From assembly GCF_023055435.1 (NCBI RefSeq), contig NW_025964001.1, positions 16,616,001 through 16,680,000 on the forward strand: a stretch of 64,000 nt of DNA, given 5' to 3'. The DNA is from Haliotis rufescens. Its lineage: Eukaryota. The position numbers and the translations under genes are program-made. The stretch's first letter is position 1. Each line of letters opens with the position of its first letter. A model generated the notes under the pieces. The model was not told the origin of the DNA. It searched no databases and saw nothing but the letters and a program-made list of their open reading frames with translations. Below are positions 24,101-36,268 of this stretch, piece by piece.

Positions 24101-25156
24101 GGCTTCTTTGTCATACAATGTACAACAGGTATGGATTTCCTCCTTCCATTATTAACAACTACTGCAAGCTATTAGTTATGACTGATCACATCAAGCATGG
24201 CTATTTATCATTTAAATATTGCTGAAAAGAATTTTTTTTACCTTTCCCATATTTTTTATTTTTGTACTTGTTGCCACCACCATATCGGGGACCTGACCAT
24301 CTGTCATCGTGATCTGAATTGACAGAAAAAAAACACATATCATGTCCCGAAAACCAGTAGTTGATCGTGTGAACAACCAGGCAAATTGTTGAGGTGATTA
24401 TTTATCAGTAAGAACTATCTACTGGATTTATTCCTGCAGGGCCCGTTTCAGAAATCTTTCTTAGCACCGGGCCTATTTATCATGGTTATAAATGTTTGAA
24501 ATGCAGGGTTTCAGAACCATTTATTTTCGATGACAGTAAATTACTGTCATCCAATATATCCTAAATGTTGGTTTCAAATTACGGTGATGATACATAAAGA
24601 TGTATGAAAAAAAGTTGACAAAATAACGAAAATGCAAATTTCATGTCTTTTTTTGTTATTTGTTTGGACGTCTTCAGCAAAATCAATGTTTAAAGTGTTC
24701 ACTCTATTTTAGGGCTCTAAACATAATAATGGTATGAAAATTGTGTAATATCTCATTTCGTATTTAGAAAGTGCACCCATTAGATTGTGAACCTAATCAT
24801 CAATATGCTGCTTTGGTTGATGCACCGTGGTTCTATAGACTTCAAATATTCGATTCGTGGCTGCCATTTGTGGTTTTAGTTACGTCTAGTTGTTGTTTTC
24901 AAGTTATATTTAGTGAATTTTGCGCATGTCAAGGACTGGAACAACAAATAGAGGAGACGAAGGTATTACTGTTAAGTGTTTACTAAAAACATACGGACAA
25001 GTACGATTGCAAATGGCGGCAGGTAACCCACAGGAACTGATCCATGTGTTTAGCTACGAATCACACAATAAAGTCATTCATACCTCCAAACGAGCGAGAC
25101 CCATCTCTGCCGGCGGTAACTGTGAATTTATCGGGGTCCCGTCTGTAGGCACACAT
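3190..25156 (-). CDS. NXF1: Nuclear RNA export factor 1 (NXF1/TAP), complete, 24 coding exons, 638 aa
   Basis: Spliced by hand, all GT-AG, phases consistent, 1917 nt: 25084-25156, 24242-24313, 23623-23746, 23090-23154, 22034-22101, 21472-21555, 20239-20343, 18833-18904, 18457-18526, 17050-17138, 15728-15835, 14793-14902, 12251-12287, 11702-11770, 11015-11131, 9973-10019, 8860-8921, 6819-6934, 5956-5998, 5487-5559, 5263-5320, 4594-4748, 3781-3841, 3190-3228. Motifs: DHDDR, RSRFEDDDGDINM, FTPY (PY-NLS); RRM-like WTKVTVPHGKK; LRR LTSLNLSNNRL and LDGNDLCD; linker AVRKRFPKVINLDGHVLPPPITF; NTF2-like YYSLYDADNRQPLLDAYHE and [44 protein letters not shown]...IPAQAFVK*. Confidence 0.96.
4315..4449 (-). 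mobile_element. tRNA-derived SINE, family A (fragments also at 1-90, 23495-23575, 24040-24130)
   Basis: Reverse complement of the 48925 copy. Confidence 0.8.
8217..8841 (+). mobile_element. Helentron/HINE (pearl/DINE-1-like) non-autonomous element with three 161-bp internal repeats
   Basis: AAACAAG start, repeats starting near 8308/8469/8630, (GACG)n microsatellite, 3' hairpin CCCGACATTTTGTCGGG followed by GGGTATAA. Confidence 0.7.
9301..9579 (-). mobile_element. SINE family B (older copies at 3446-3700, 5030-5230, 38781-38992)
   Basis: Near-identical reverse complement of 48359-48630; GGTTCGAATCC B box; shares the GCGGCGTTAAACCCAACTCACTC tail. Confidence 0.8.
12251..12287 (-). CDS. NXF1: NXF1 37-nt exon following the cassette intron (AVRKRFPKVINL)
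   Basis: CAG acceptor, GTGAGT donor; homologous to human AIRERFPKLLRL. Confidence 0.95.
12288..14792 (-). other. NXF1 cassette (retainable) intron, 2505 nt, equivalent to vertebrate intron 10
   Basis: Flanked by 110-nt and 37-nt exons; retention reads ATT AG|G TAA, an immediate stop; contains the CTE. Confidence 0.85.
13538..13640 (-). promoter_or_regulatory. Constitutive transport element (CTE) RNA hairpin, NXF1-binding
   Basis: Minus strand reads ATGACGGGTAAGA-TCTCTCAGAAGGGGAGAC-AACCTAAGACAGGAG (13610->13565). Both loop strands match the MPMV CTE half-site as I recall it. Closing stems CGATCA/TGGTCG and CCCGAG/CTCGGG. Confidence 0.9.
14793..14902 (-). CDS. NXF1: NXF1 110-nt exon preceding the cassette intron (LRSIEELDKISGWKLDHIQLDGNDLCDRFKDRNQYIS)
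   Basis: CAG acceptor, GTAATG donor; homologous to human [27 protein letters not shown] exon. Confidence 0.95.
14980..15420 (-). mobile_element. SINE-like family C, tandem/partially duplicated copies
   Basis: Two tails (about 14985 and 15110) and a duplicated internal CCTGACCACCCGATCCC segment. Confidence 0.75.
15983..16970. repeat. 31-bp minisatellite (ACCCTGGCCAAACCAGGTCATACATGAGGTA), about 31 copies, in an NXF1 intron
   Basis: Direct tandem repetition. Confidence 0.95.
19636..20052. mobile_element. hAT-type MITE
   Basis: TIR GGGCTGGGACG / CGTCCCAGCCC; 8-bp TSD GTTTACAA / GTATACAA; subterminal GGGTACCC repeats. Confidence 0.75.
22640..23480 (-). mobile_element. Two related SINE-like copies (family D) flanking NXF1 exon 4
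   Basis: TGCAGTTTAACATGAA...CAGACACAG...GACTCCAAGCC...GAGTGCCAGACAG shared between 22640-22960 and 23235-23480. Confidence 0.6.
25084..25156 (-). CDS. NXF1: NXF1 coding exon 1 (MCAYRRDPDKFTVTAGRDGSRSFG)
   Basis: ATG at 25156, GTATGA donor, phase 1 fits exon 2 (DHDDR). Confidence 0.8.
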
Positions 25157-25244
25157 TGTCCTGACAGAATATTTCACTTCGTCTGTTTTGTCGAATTCGT
25201 TCTTATGTCCCTTGCTGTGTCAGGAGAATTCACACACGAAGTGA

Positions 25245-25302
25245 TGACGTCACGGGAATATATGTTTCTAAAAATAAACCAATGACGCCATCGTAACCAA
25301 TG
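25245..25302. promoter_or_regulatory. NXF1 proximal promoter motifs: CRE (TGACGTCA 25245-25252) and two CCAAT boxes
   Basis: CpG-enriched region 90-150 bp upstream of the ATG; a YY1-like AAATGGCGGC is at 25011-25020 in intron 1. Confidence 0.5.
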
Positions 25303-26739
25303 GAAAAAGCTCCTTTCTGAAGGGTAAATCCCACCAGTTTCCGCGAAAGGTTGGTTTGGTTATTTTGTTTAACGCCGCTCTCAGCAATGTTCCAGATATA
25401 TGACGGTGGTCTGTAAATAATCGACTCTGGACCAGACAATCCAGTGATTACCATCATGAGCATAGATCCACGCACTTGGGATACGATGACATGCATCAAA
25501 CACGTCAGCGAGCCTGACCATTTCCATGAAAGAGATTCTTTTAGATAAAATAATGGGATGGGTGGTTTACCATGCCCCTTTTCGTGTTTTTCGCAGACGT
25601 ACCATGGATTTCCCTCTTCCCGCTATATTATTTCAGTATATTAAAAATATAAGAATATCAGTGTGAAGCTGTATGCAGAAAAATGTTTCTATTTACAAAT
25701 CATTTCAAATGAAAGTTGTAATATTTTTGGAATCAGAAAAACTAATTGTGAGTCTATTTATAACAAACGCACATACTTTGACGACTCTATATGTTAATAA
25801 CTAAATTTAGTACAGAGAAACACACGAAAAAAATAATAAATAGAGAGATTGCAGTCACCATCACGTACGTAGAACCCCCCGGGCCACAGAAGGAATTATA
25901 ACAAGATTTCCTCAATATGCCTCCAGCTAGAATTACTGATGCAATTCCTGTCAGGGACACGTCAAAATATAATTTATAGCCATATAATGACAATTAATCT
26001 TCTAGGTCGAAATCTTGCATCCAAATAACATCACATGGCTTGTATCAGTTGTATAGACTTCCTGATTGTCTGAAGAAGGACCAGCCTAGAGGACCCTCTA
26101 TTATCCAGCGTATTATATCTCCATGTCTCCGTTGCTCTGCTGTATCAGACGTTTACTAGTGTCAGGCGTTCATGCAAGGATTTACGGTAGTTATTAAGAT
26201 AATTCCGTGCATAAAAACTACTAGACGTTTATTGGACATTTACTCGAGACCCCGGCGTTTATTTAAGTCCTGGCGTTTAGTCAAGGAAATACGGTACCCA
26301 CACGTTTAGAAGTGTATCTATCAAAATCCCCTCAGTTGTAGTCGTGACTAAAACTCTAGGGATATTGAAAGACACACCTTGGGAACTTCACGACCCAAAC
26401 AGTAGTGACTCTGACAGACACAATAATACCAGTTATCAGCATCTATGCCCATCACGTCAGTGATTCAACAAATATACCTTCTGCTTTCACAGATGTCCAG
26501 AAGGTTAGTTAAGCCCGATTACACGCCGGGTAGCTTTATGCACGGATGTCTCCCCATCATTATCAACGCCGGGGGTAAAGCGTAACTGAAAGTAACACAC
26601 ACCTGGGGAAATATGGTGCTGTGTATGCTAGTTGTAAGAATCGTATCACACAGGTATTGGTAACCAAAAAAGGTATTATGGATGTAATAATTTCATTACC
26701 AACTAAATTGAACTAATACATCCTGTGGTCCAAAGACAC

Positions 26740-27257
26740 ACTCCGGCGCAGTGGTGACTTAGCCATACAATGTTCTAGCATTACACCACTGCCACAGGCT
26801 AGTTTGCATATCACGTGACCGGACTTTTCTCTTGTTGGTAAACAAACGCGCTTTTTCAGAAATCGGACTAATGCAAATATTTAGGGGCGCTTTATATATT
26901 GTATTGCATAATTATATAGATATGCTGCTACAAATGCGACAGTGAGTTGCATGAGAATACATATTTACGCATCAAAGCGACCGTATCGATAGCTCTCCGA
27001 AGCAACTAATGTAAACATAGGATAACTACGCAAATGGAAATAGTTTTCCACGATTTTGGATATTTTCTCAATGTAAGTTAACCATTCTATGACATATGTT
27101 TATCTAGATTTGTAGACTTGTTAAAAATGAAACAGATGAAAAACATATGCAATATCTTGAATGGACTGTGTAAGATGTGATGAATCTTGACATGGCGCTG
27201 GCCTTTGGCAGAGGTAGTATGCTGGTCGCATGGAACTCTGGGTAGGAGAGTGGTTCA
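26740..27257. repeat. Interspersed repeat of about 520 bp; inverted copy at 30139-30688
   Basis: TCACGTGACCGGACTTTTCTCTTG at 26811 vs CAAGAGAAAAGTCCGGTCACGTGA at 30610; similarity runs along the full length. Confidence 0.85.
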
Positions 27258-27609
27258 GAGTACTCAAACAGCTTAGCAATTCTTTCCTTGATGAATGTTA
27301 TTTAACCGGTCATTAGCTGAGTGTGCTATTCCAGCTCAGTGGATAAGATCTAATGTTCTACCTACTTTTAAGGGAGTCGACAAATCAAATGCTGCAAATT
27401 ACAATGTGCAATCTATCAATTTGAATTCTGTGTTTGTCAAGGTATTTTAAAGAATAGTGTCGAAGTGTTTATACAGCCACGTTTATGTCACATCACGTTT
27501 ATCAGAGCTTGATAACGGTGTAAGAATGTACATCGAAACGTAGCTAAATGCAATAAAGCGGAATTTTTTCCCTATACAATTGTATGTTTTCTTATTTACT
27601 CACCAACTT

Positions 27610-28500
27610 CTAGAATGCCAATCAAACAATTTAAAAAATATGGTAATTTCTTGGCTCGGATGAAGCTTTATCTTTCAGAAAGGAAGCAACGTGTAGTCTT
27701 GTGTATTTGTAAATTAACGCTGTTCACCGAAACGTACAGTTACCGTCGGGGTACCTCAGGGGTATTTGCTGGGACCGTTATTGTTTCTTGTTTACGTAAA
27801 TGATTCAACTGATAATCTGCAATATATGCATAGGCTTTTTTTCCGGATGACACATATATTTGTATTGCTACACAAATTACAGTAGATAGTATTAACAATG
27901 ATCTTATACAGTTATCTGAAATATCTGATAATGTGGCTGGGTAAGTTTAATCCTAAGATATCTAAGCTTATCCCTTTCGGTCACAACGAAATTTGTCAAA
28001 CACCTGATCTTGTTTACGATCGCGATCCGTTAGAGCGTGTAAATTCTTACAAACTGTTAGTTGATAACACAAATGGTCCAACCATGTAACCTCTATTATA
28101 GAGAAAGTTTAAAAAATAGTTTCACCCATGAGAAGATTATCACATGTGTTTCCAAAAATTATATATTTTAGGTCTATTTAAAATATGCATAAGAAATCGG
28201 GGATATATTCTAAATATGATACATTAAATACATTTTTGAAACACATGTTTTAATGTCCTCATGTGTTTCGTGATTTAATCAGCGATAAACTTGGAATAGT
28301 TCATTTAGAAGCATAGGAACTGTCACAGGTTTACCTACATTTGCACGTACGTCTAGCTTATATTATAAAACTGATTTGCTTCCTTAAAGTTCTGGACGGA
28401 ATCATAAAAGTCTCTGTAAAAATTGTCAAAAGGACACTGCATGGAGTATTTTCAAGAATGGTCTAATTATAATCTAAGAGAGGCTATAATCTCCTACCAT
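27610..28500 (+). pseudogene. Decayed non-LTR retrotransposon (CR1/L2-like) reverse transcriptase fragment
   Basis: Frameshifted motifs YLSERKQRVVL, VTVGVPQGYLLGPLLFLVYVND and a broken F-x-DDT. Confidence 0.75.
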
Positions 28501-28509
28501 TATATCAAG

Positions 28510-29150
28510 GAATGTGAACCCCTAACCTCATATCCAGGTATGTGAACCCCTAACCTCACATTCAGGTATGTAAACTCCAAACCTCATATCCAGGTTTGTA
28601 AACTCCAAACCTCATATCCAGGTTTGTAAACTCCAAACCTCATATCCATGCAGGTTTGTAAACTCCAAACCCCATATCCAGGTTTGTAAACCCCTACCAT
28701 CATATCCAGGTGTGTAAACCCCTAACCTCATATCCATGCATGTGTATAAACCCCTTACCTCAAATCCAGGTGTTTAAACCCCTAACATCATATCCATGTG
28801 TGTAAAGCCCTAACATGATATCCAGGTGTGTAAATCCCCGTCATCATATCCATGTATGCAAACCCCTAGCCTCATATCCAGGTATGTGAACCCCTCACCT
28901 CATATCAAGGTGTCTAAACCCAAACCTTATATACAGGTGTGTAAACCCCTAACCTCATTTTCAGGTGTCTAAACCCCAACCTTATATACAGGTGTGTAAA
29001 CCCCTAACCTCATATCCAGGTGTCTAAACCCCTAATCTCATATCCAAGTGTGTAAACCCCTAACCTCATATCCAGCTATGTGAACCCCTAACCTCATATC
29101 CAGGTGTCTAAACCCCAACCTTATATACAGGTGTGTGAACCCCTAACCTC
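28510..29150. repeat. 28-bp satellite, first block
   Basis: Unit CCAGGTGTGTAAACCCCTAACATCATAT, diverged copies. Confidence 0.9.
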
Positions 29151-29153
29151 ATT

Positions 29154-29323
29154 TAAGAATTGACCTTCACTTTGTGTGAGTTCATTGGAGTATGAACCTG
29201 CATAGAGTGAGGGCCAAACTGTATGAACGTCGGAGCTTGCGACAACGTTCATACAATGTTTGGCCCTCACTCTATGCAGGTTCATACTCCAATGAACTCA
29301 CACAAAGTGAAAGTCAATTCTTA
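29154..29323. mobile_element. Near-perfect 170-bp palindrome, probable TA-flanked fold-back MITE
   Basis: Arms of about 76 bp, one mismatch, one 2-nt bulge, 14-nt loop, TA at both ends. Confidence 0.7.
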
Positions 29324-30138
29324 TAATTTTTTATCACAATTTCTTTCCTCAAAGGACGTAGGCCAAGATCTAAACACAATTTTATTTAGTACGTGTGACT
29401 TCATGTTTACACCGACAGCCAAACAACAACCAGCTATACTGCGGAATAAAATAGTTCCCCAAAAAGGGTGGTGGCATGAGCGTATGGATGCAGAACTTGC
29501 TCTTCAGAAACATCTTACGCAACACATGTGTTCATATAATATCCCCATTAGATGAGAAAGGTATGTAATGAACTACCTCAGTAAGTCAGTCACAATGACA
29601 GCGCGTCGTAATACATTTACATCAAGTACAAGACGTCAAAATGGCCGACACGATTAACGTGACGGGAGCCTAGGATTTCCGAAGTTGTTAATGAACCTGT
29701 GGCGGTTACACGTGTTAGTCATAATTGATCAACTGACCGATTACTGAAAGGTGATTAAAGATGCGTCAAACAGACACCAAGGTAAATTCGTAGATTGCTG
29801 GAGACGGTCACTGTCAGCCTAGACACATATCGAGTCGATACTGACGATAGTTTGGATGTGCATTTTTTCGTTTGTTCATTAGGATTGGCCGTAGCGAGGA
29901 AATTCTTGAACAATAATGCAGTTAAGCTCTCTTACGTTTCTCAATGTATACTTAAATGCTGAGACCAAGATTAAAGGTTCTAAATGATCAGAAATAATGC
30001 TTATGTATGTTTTCGTGCTAGGGAATTCCCAGGGGTTTCCCCAGGAATGTGGAAGTAGTCCGTCAGTGTTTACGTCATTTCAAGAACGCCGTCTCGTGAA
30101 AAACGTATGAACGTCAAATTGTGTCGTTCATACACTCA

Positions 30139-30688
30139 TGAACCACTCTCCTACCCAGAGTTCCATGCGGCCGGCAGCCAGCTAGCATAGTACCTCTGCC
30201 ACAGGCCAGCGCCATGTGACGATTCGTCACATCTTTCACAGTCCATTCAAGATATTGCATATGCTTTTCATCCGTTTCATGTTTGACAAGTCAACACATT
30301 TTCATAAGCAAATGTCATAGAATGGTTAACTTTCATTGAGAAAGTATGCAAATACGTAAAAATCTACTTGTTTTTGCGTAGTTATCCTATGTTTACATTG
30401 GTTGTACGGCTCCACGTGCTGTCATCGAAGCGCAACGGAGAGCTAGCGACACGGTCACTTTGATGCATAAATATATATTGTCATGCAACTCACTGTCGCA
30501 GTTGTAGTAGCATATCTATATAGTTATGCAAAACAATATGTAAAGCGCCCCAAATACTTGCATTAGTCCGTTCTATACTGATTTCTGAAAAAGCGCGTTT
30601 GTTTACAAACAAGAGAAAAGTCCGGTCACGTGATATGCAAATTAGCCTGTGGCAGTGGTGTTATGCTGAGTCACCACTGCGACGGAGT
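30139..30688. repeat. Inverted copy of 26740-27257
   Basis: Reverse-complement match along about 520-550 bp. Confidence 0.85.
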
Positions 30689-30784
30689 CTGACTCATGAA
30701 CGTCAACTTCGCGATCATGTGATCGACCTCTCGTCCAATGGAAAAGCCGTATATCGTGTAAACGTCAAATTAAAAAATTATATC

Positions 30785-33618
30785 CACGTGTCTAAAACCT
30801 AACCTCACATATCCAGGTAAGTGAACCCCTAACCTCATATCAAGGTGTGGAAACCCCTTATCTCATATCCAGGTGTGTAAACCCTAACATCATATCCAGG
30901 TGTATAAACCCCTAACATCATATCCAGATGTGTAAGCCCCTAACTTCATATCCAGGTGAGTAAACCCCTAACATCATATCCAGGTGTGTAAGCCCTAACA
31001 TCATATCCAGGTGTATAAACCCCTAACCTCATATCAAGGTGTATAAACCCCCAACCACATATCCAGGTGTCTAAACCCCTAACCTCATATCCAGGTGTGT
31101 AAACCCCTAACCTCTGGTCCAGATGTGTAAACCCCTAACATCATTTCCAGGTGTGTAAACCCCTAACATCATATCCAGATGTGTAAACCCCTGACATCAT
31201 ATCCAGGTGTGTAAACCCCATACATCATATACAGGTAGTAAACCCCTAACATGATATCCTTGTGTGTAAACCCCTAACATCATATCCAGGTGTGTAAACC
31301 CCTAATCTCATATCCAGGTGTGTAAGCCTCTAACATCATTTCCAGGTGTGTAAAACCCTGACATCATATCCAGGTGTGTAAAACCCTGACATCATATCCA
31401 GGTGTGTAAACCCCTGACATCATATCCAGGTGTGTAAACCCCTTACATCATATCCAGGTGTGTAAGCCCCTAACATCATATCCAGGTGTGTAAACCCCTA
31501 ACCTCATATCAAGGTGTGTAAACACCTAACCCGCTATCCAGGTGTGTAAACCCCTAACCCGCTATCCAGGTGCATAAACCCCTAACATCGTATCCAGGTA
31601 TGTAAACCCTTACATCATATCCAGGTGTATAAACCCCTAACATCATATCCAGGTGTGTAACCCCCAACCATTAAATCCAGGTGTGTAAACCCCTAACTTC
31701 ATATCCTGGTGTGTAAGCCGCTACCATCATATCCAGGTGTGTAAACCCCTAACCTCATATCCAGGTGTGTGAACCCCTAACCTCATATCCAGGTGTGTAA
31801 ACCCTAAAATCATATCCAGGTGTATAAACCCCTAACATCATATCCAGGTGTGTAACCCCCTACCATCATATCCAGGTGTGTAAACCCCTAACTTCATATC
31901 CTGGTGTGTAAGCCATTAACATCATATCCAGGTGTGTAAACCCCTAACCTCATATCCAGGTGTGTAAACCCCTAACCTCATATCCAGGTGTCTAAACTCC
32001 TATCCTCATATCCAGGTGTGTACACCCCTAACATCATATCCAGGTGTGTAAGCCCCTAACATCATATCCTGGTGTGTAAACCCCTAACCCGCTATCCAGG
32101 TGTGTAAACCCCTAACCTCATATCCAGGTGTGTAAACCCCTAACATCATATCCAGGTGTGTAAACCCCTAACCCGCTATCCAGGTGCGTAAACCCCTAAC
32201 ATCGTATCCAGGTGTGTAAACCCTAACATCATATCCAGGTGTATAAACCCCTAACATCATTTCCAGGTGTGTAACCCCCTACCATCATATCAACGTGTGA
32301 TAACCCCTAACTTCATATCCAGGTGTGTAAGCCGCTAACATCATATCCAGGTGTGTAAACCCCTAACCTCATATCCAGGTGTTTAAACCCCTAACATCAT
32401 ATCCAGGTGAGTAAAACCCTAACATCATATCCAGGTGTGTAAATCCCTAACATCATATCCAGGTGTGTAAACCCCTAATCTCATATTCAGATGTGTAAAC
32501 CCCTAACATCATTTCAATGTGGTTTAAACCCCCAACCTCAGATCCAGGTGTGTAAACCCCTAACATCATATCAAGATGTGTAAACCCCTAACATCATATC
32601 CAGGTGTGTAACCCCCTACCATCATATCCAGGTGTGTAAACCCCTTACATCATATCCAGGTGAGTAAAACCCTAACATCATATCCAGGTGTGTAAATCCC
32701 TAACATCATATCCAGGTGTGTAAACCCCTAATCTCATATTCAGATGTGTAAACCCCTAACATCATTTCAATGTGGTTTAAACCCCCAACCTCAGATCCAG
32801 GTGTGTAAACCCCTAACATCATATCAAGATGTGTAAACCCCTAACATCATATCCAGGTGTGTAACCCCCTACCATCATATCCAGGTGTGTAAACCCCTAA
32901 CTTCATATCCTGGTGTATAAGCCGCTAACATTATATCCAGGTGTGTAAACCCCTAACCTCATATCCAGGTGTGTGAACCCCTAACCTCATATCCAGGTGT
33001 CTAAACTCCTAACCTCATATCCAGGTGTGTTAACCCCTAACCCCATATCCAGGTGTGTAAACCCCTAACATCATATCAAGGTGTGTAAACCCCTAATATC
33101 ATATCCTGGTGTGTAAACCCTAACATCATATCCAGGTGTGTAAACCCCTAACATCATATCCAGGTGTGTAAACCCCTAATCTCATATCCAGGTGTGTAAA
33201 CCCTTAATATCATATCCTGGTGTGTAAACCCTAACATCATATCCAGGTGTGTAAACCCCTAACATCATATCCAGGTGTGTAAACCCCTAATATCATATCC
33301 AGGTGTGTAAACCCTAACATCATATCCAGGTTTGTAAACCCCTAACATCATATCCAGGTGTGTAAACCCCTAATATCATATCCTGGTGTGTAAACCCTAA
33401 CATCATATCCTGGTGTGTAAACCCCTAACATCATATCCAGGTGTGTAAACCCCTAACATCATATCCAGGTGTGTAAACCCCTAATATCATATCCTGGTGT
33501 GTAAACCCTAGCATCATATCCAGGTGTGTAAACCCTAACATCATATCCAGGTGTGTAAACCCCTGACATGATATCCAGGTGTGTAAACCCCTGACATGAT
33601 ATCCAGGTGTGTAAACCC
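30785..33618. repeat. 28-bp satellite, main block, about 100 copies
   Basis: Unit CCAGGTGTGTAAACCCCTAACATCATAT. Confidence 0.95.
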
Positions 33619-34632
33619 GCGATATTTATAGGCCCTTCAATTAAGCTTTCTGCACACCCACACCTGTATATGTCGTATTTAAATGGACAGAATATCGACG
33701 TCAATAATTACCGTAAAAACACGCATTTAGCCTTAATCATGCCTTCATAACATACCTTGATTCTGAAAGGACGAAAACTATAGTTACTGCAATGACGTCC
33801 ATCACCTTAATTATAAAATTATATTTGAAATGATAGTGACGCGCCGACAATATTTGTTGGTTACCTTGGCAACACGAGCGCGTCACTATCATAATACGCG
33901 TTTATCCTCATCGTCTGCCCATAAGTGATGAGAGTAAGATAGATACTGACAAGCATGTTCGATTGATTCTCTGTTAGTTTCAGCACGACCAGGGTTTGGG
34001 CATCGATCATCTCACTGTACAGGCGGAATACATGCGTGTTTGTGTAGCTACGTACATGACATATACATTTCAGTAATTATGTTTAATGATGCAGGGACGT
34101 TATTATGATCTATGGATACAACAATATAATGCTAATGTACCTATTTTGCAATAGAAATCAAGTAGTTAGGGATTCCTGTCGGCATTGCTTTGATTAAAAC
34201 GAGTAAAATTATTTCTTTTAATTGAATGACTATTATTATAGAGGGAGGTGAATAACATTTTTTACATTTTGTATATATACTAACGACAGTAAAGGAACTA
34301 ATAATTTGAATCGAGCTATCGTTGAGGTGTACATTAGTTGCATTTGAACGCAACATCTTGTCACACTGAAATTTCACATCCTGCATGAACGTGCTCACAG
34401 AAGAAAAAGTGATAGGGACGTCAATATACCTTGTTGCCCGAATGTTTGGCAAATAACAAAAGTGTAATTTCTCGACCGTGGAACAAGTACCGCTACACGG
34501 GTGGGGGTGTATGAGACCCGGGCGTGGCAGGCCTACAAAACGACACCTGGACAAGATCGTCTCATTACCTTAATTGCGCTACGCAATAGATTCAAATCTA
34601 TAGAGAATAGAGAATTCCAAGAGAGAATCATG

Positions 34633-34647
34633 ACCACAACCACCACC

Positions 34648-34700
<53 letters not shown>

Positions 34701-34710
34701 TATTATTATT
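34633..34710. repeat. Compound microsatellite (ACC)n(ATC)n(ATT)n
   Basis: Seen directly. Confidence 0.95.
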
Positions 34711-36268
34711 TATCAAAGAATGTCAATTAGGTGTACTCAAATTATGTTAGGTGATAACTAAATTACACTAACTATATATTTCCATATCAAAGAGCCATTA
34801 TCCTGTATTTGTTTCCTGACGAAACACATTTGTATTGCTCGAATAGTGAAATACCCATACAGAAATAGAGATCCAGAAATCGTGCATGTAGTGACGTAAC
34901 TATTCAGCATCAATAGTTATTGAAGTACTCTCCATCATCTGATCTATCAGGTGATCTTAACCGCGTGTCCATGTGGAGGATCATGCAGTGTTTGTATGTC
35001 AACTTTCCATCAGTTATAGGTGGCATTTTAGACAATAAAAAAAAGGTCAATATTGGATATTTCCAAAATATACACAGAGGTTGGGAATATATGAAAATAT
35101 CGGGGTGGTGCTTAAAACGTGTAGCTGCAACTGTTTTGACGAAGGTCAAAGGGCTGTATGAAGGAACAGTGTTTAAGTAAAGAGTAATATGTACGTGTAA
35201 CTGCACATTGCTGTCGCCTGAATTCATTGGCCTGGGTGAAGGAACAGTGTTCCAGTAAATCTAACATGTAATTGTAACTTAACATGGAGTTACATATCGC
35301 TACAGGCCAAATGCCATGTGAAGTTTACTGAGGAAACACTATTTGAAATTCTGGACTTCACCTTGGTAACATGTAAACTTTGAGAGTAAGACCTTTAGGC
35401 AAGAAATAGGCATTCCCCATGTGCACCAATTGTGCTTCCCTTCTTGCAGATTTGTTTTTATGCTTATAAATCTGAACTTCTCGGATTGGCAAAGTCAAAA
35501 TAATGAAATTTAGCATGAGCGTGTAACTGCACACCGAGTTGTCGCCATAGGCCAAAGGGTTGTGTGTAGGTTTTACAGAACAAGGAAACATGTAGAAGCT
35601 TACCACTTTGTTTATACACAAACTATTTGTTTATTACGTGTATCAATCTTGCAGCTGACAAGTACACCAGGTTTCACACAGGACACTATTATTTCGACAT
35701 CTAGACCTCGACTGAGAATGGACACCAAACACTCCAGCGATGGACATCATGTGCACCGATCTACGCAGTTGGGATACGATGACTGGCATCAGTTAAATCA
35801 GCGAGCCTGACCACGCGATCCCGTTAGTCGCATGGGTTGCTAAAGCGCAATACCAACCCGGATCTTCACAGGGGGTAACACAAGGTCTCTTAATGAGTTA
35901 ACTATAAGGAATCGTAGTTCTCAGTATTGGTTTATGAACATATGTTTGCTTACCAACCTTTTATACAATTTAGTCCTTACAATACACCAATCATTACTTT
36001 ATATTAATAATATTAGAATAGAATAGAAGACTATGAGAAAATGAATAGGAGCAAACCCATGTTCATTACATAACCTAGATAACCATCACAGAACGGTTGC
36101 ATAGACACGAACACACATTCTTATTTTATAATATTACTATAGCAGTTACTATGTCCAATGTGGACTGAATGTCATTAGCTTCTAAATCCTGTTAGGAACA
36201 TTTAAAATAGGAGTTAGGTTCGGCTAAGTTGGCAGTCCCAGCATTGTTGATCCAAATCGTTCGAACAT

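Noticed and set aside
25571-25605. Alternative NXF1 first coding exon (MVRLRKTRKGA)
   Set aside because: The available donors give phase 0 or 2, incompatible with phase-1 exon 2. It could only be non-coding.
30785-33618. CRISPR-like regular repeats (also 15983-16970, 39144-42140, 45420-47582)
   Set aside because: Head-to-tail tandem units without unique spacers, no cas genes, and a eukaryotic spliced-gene context.
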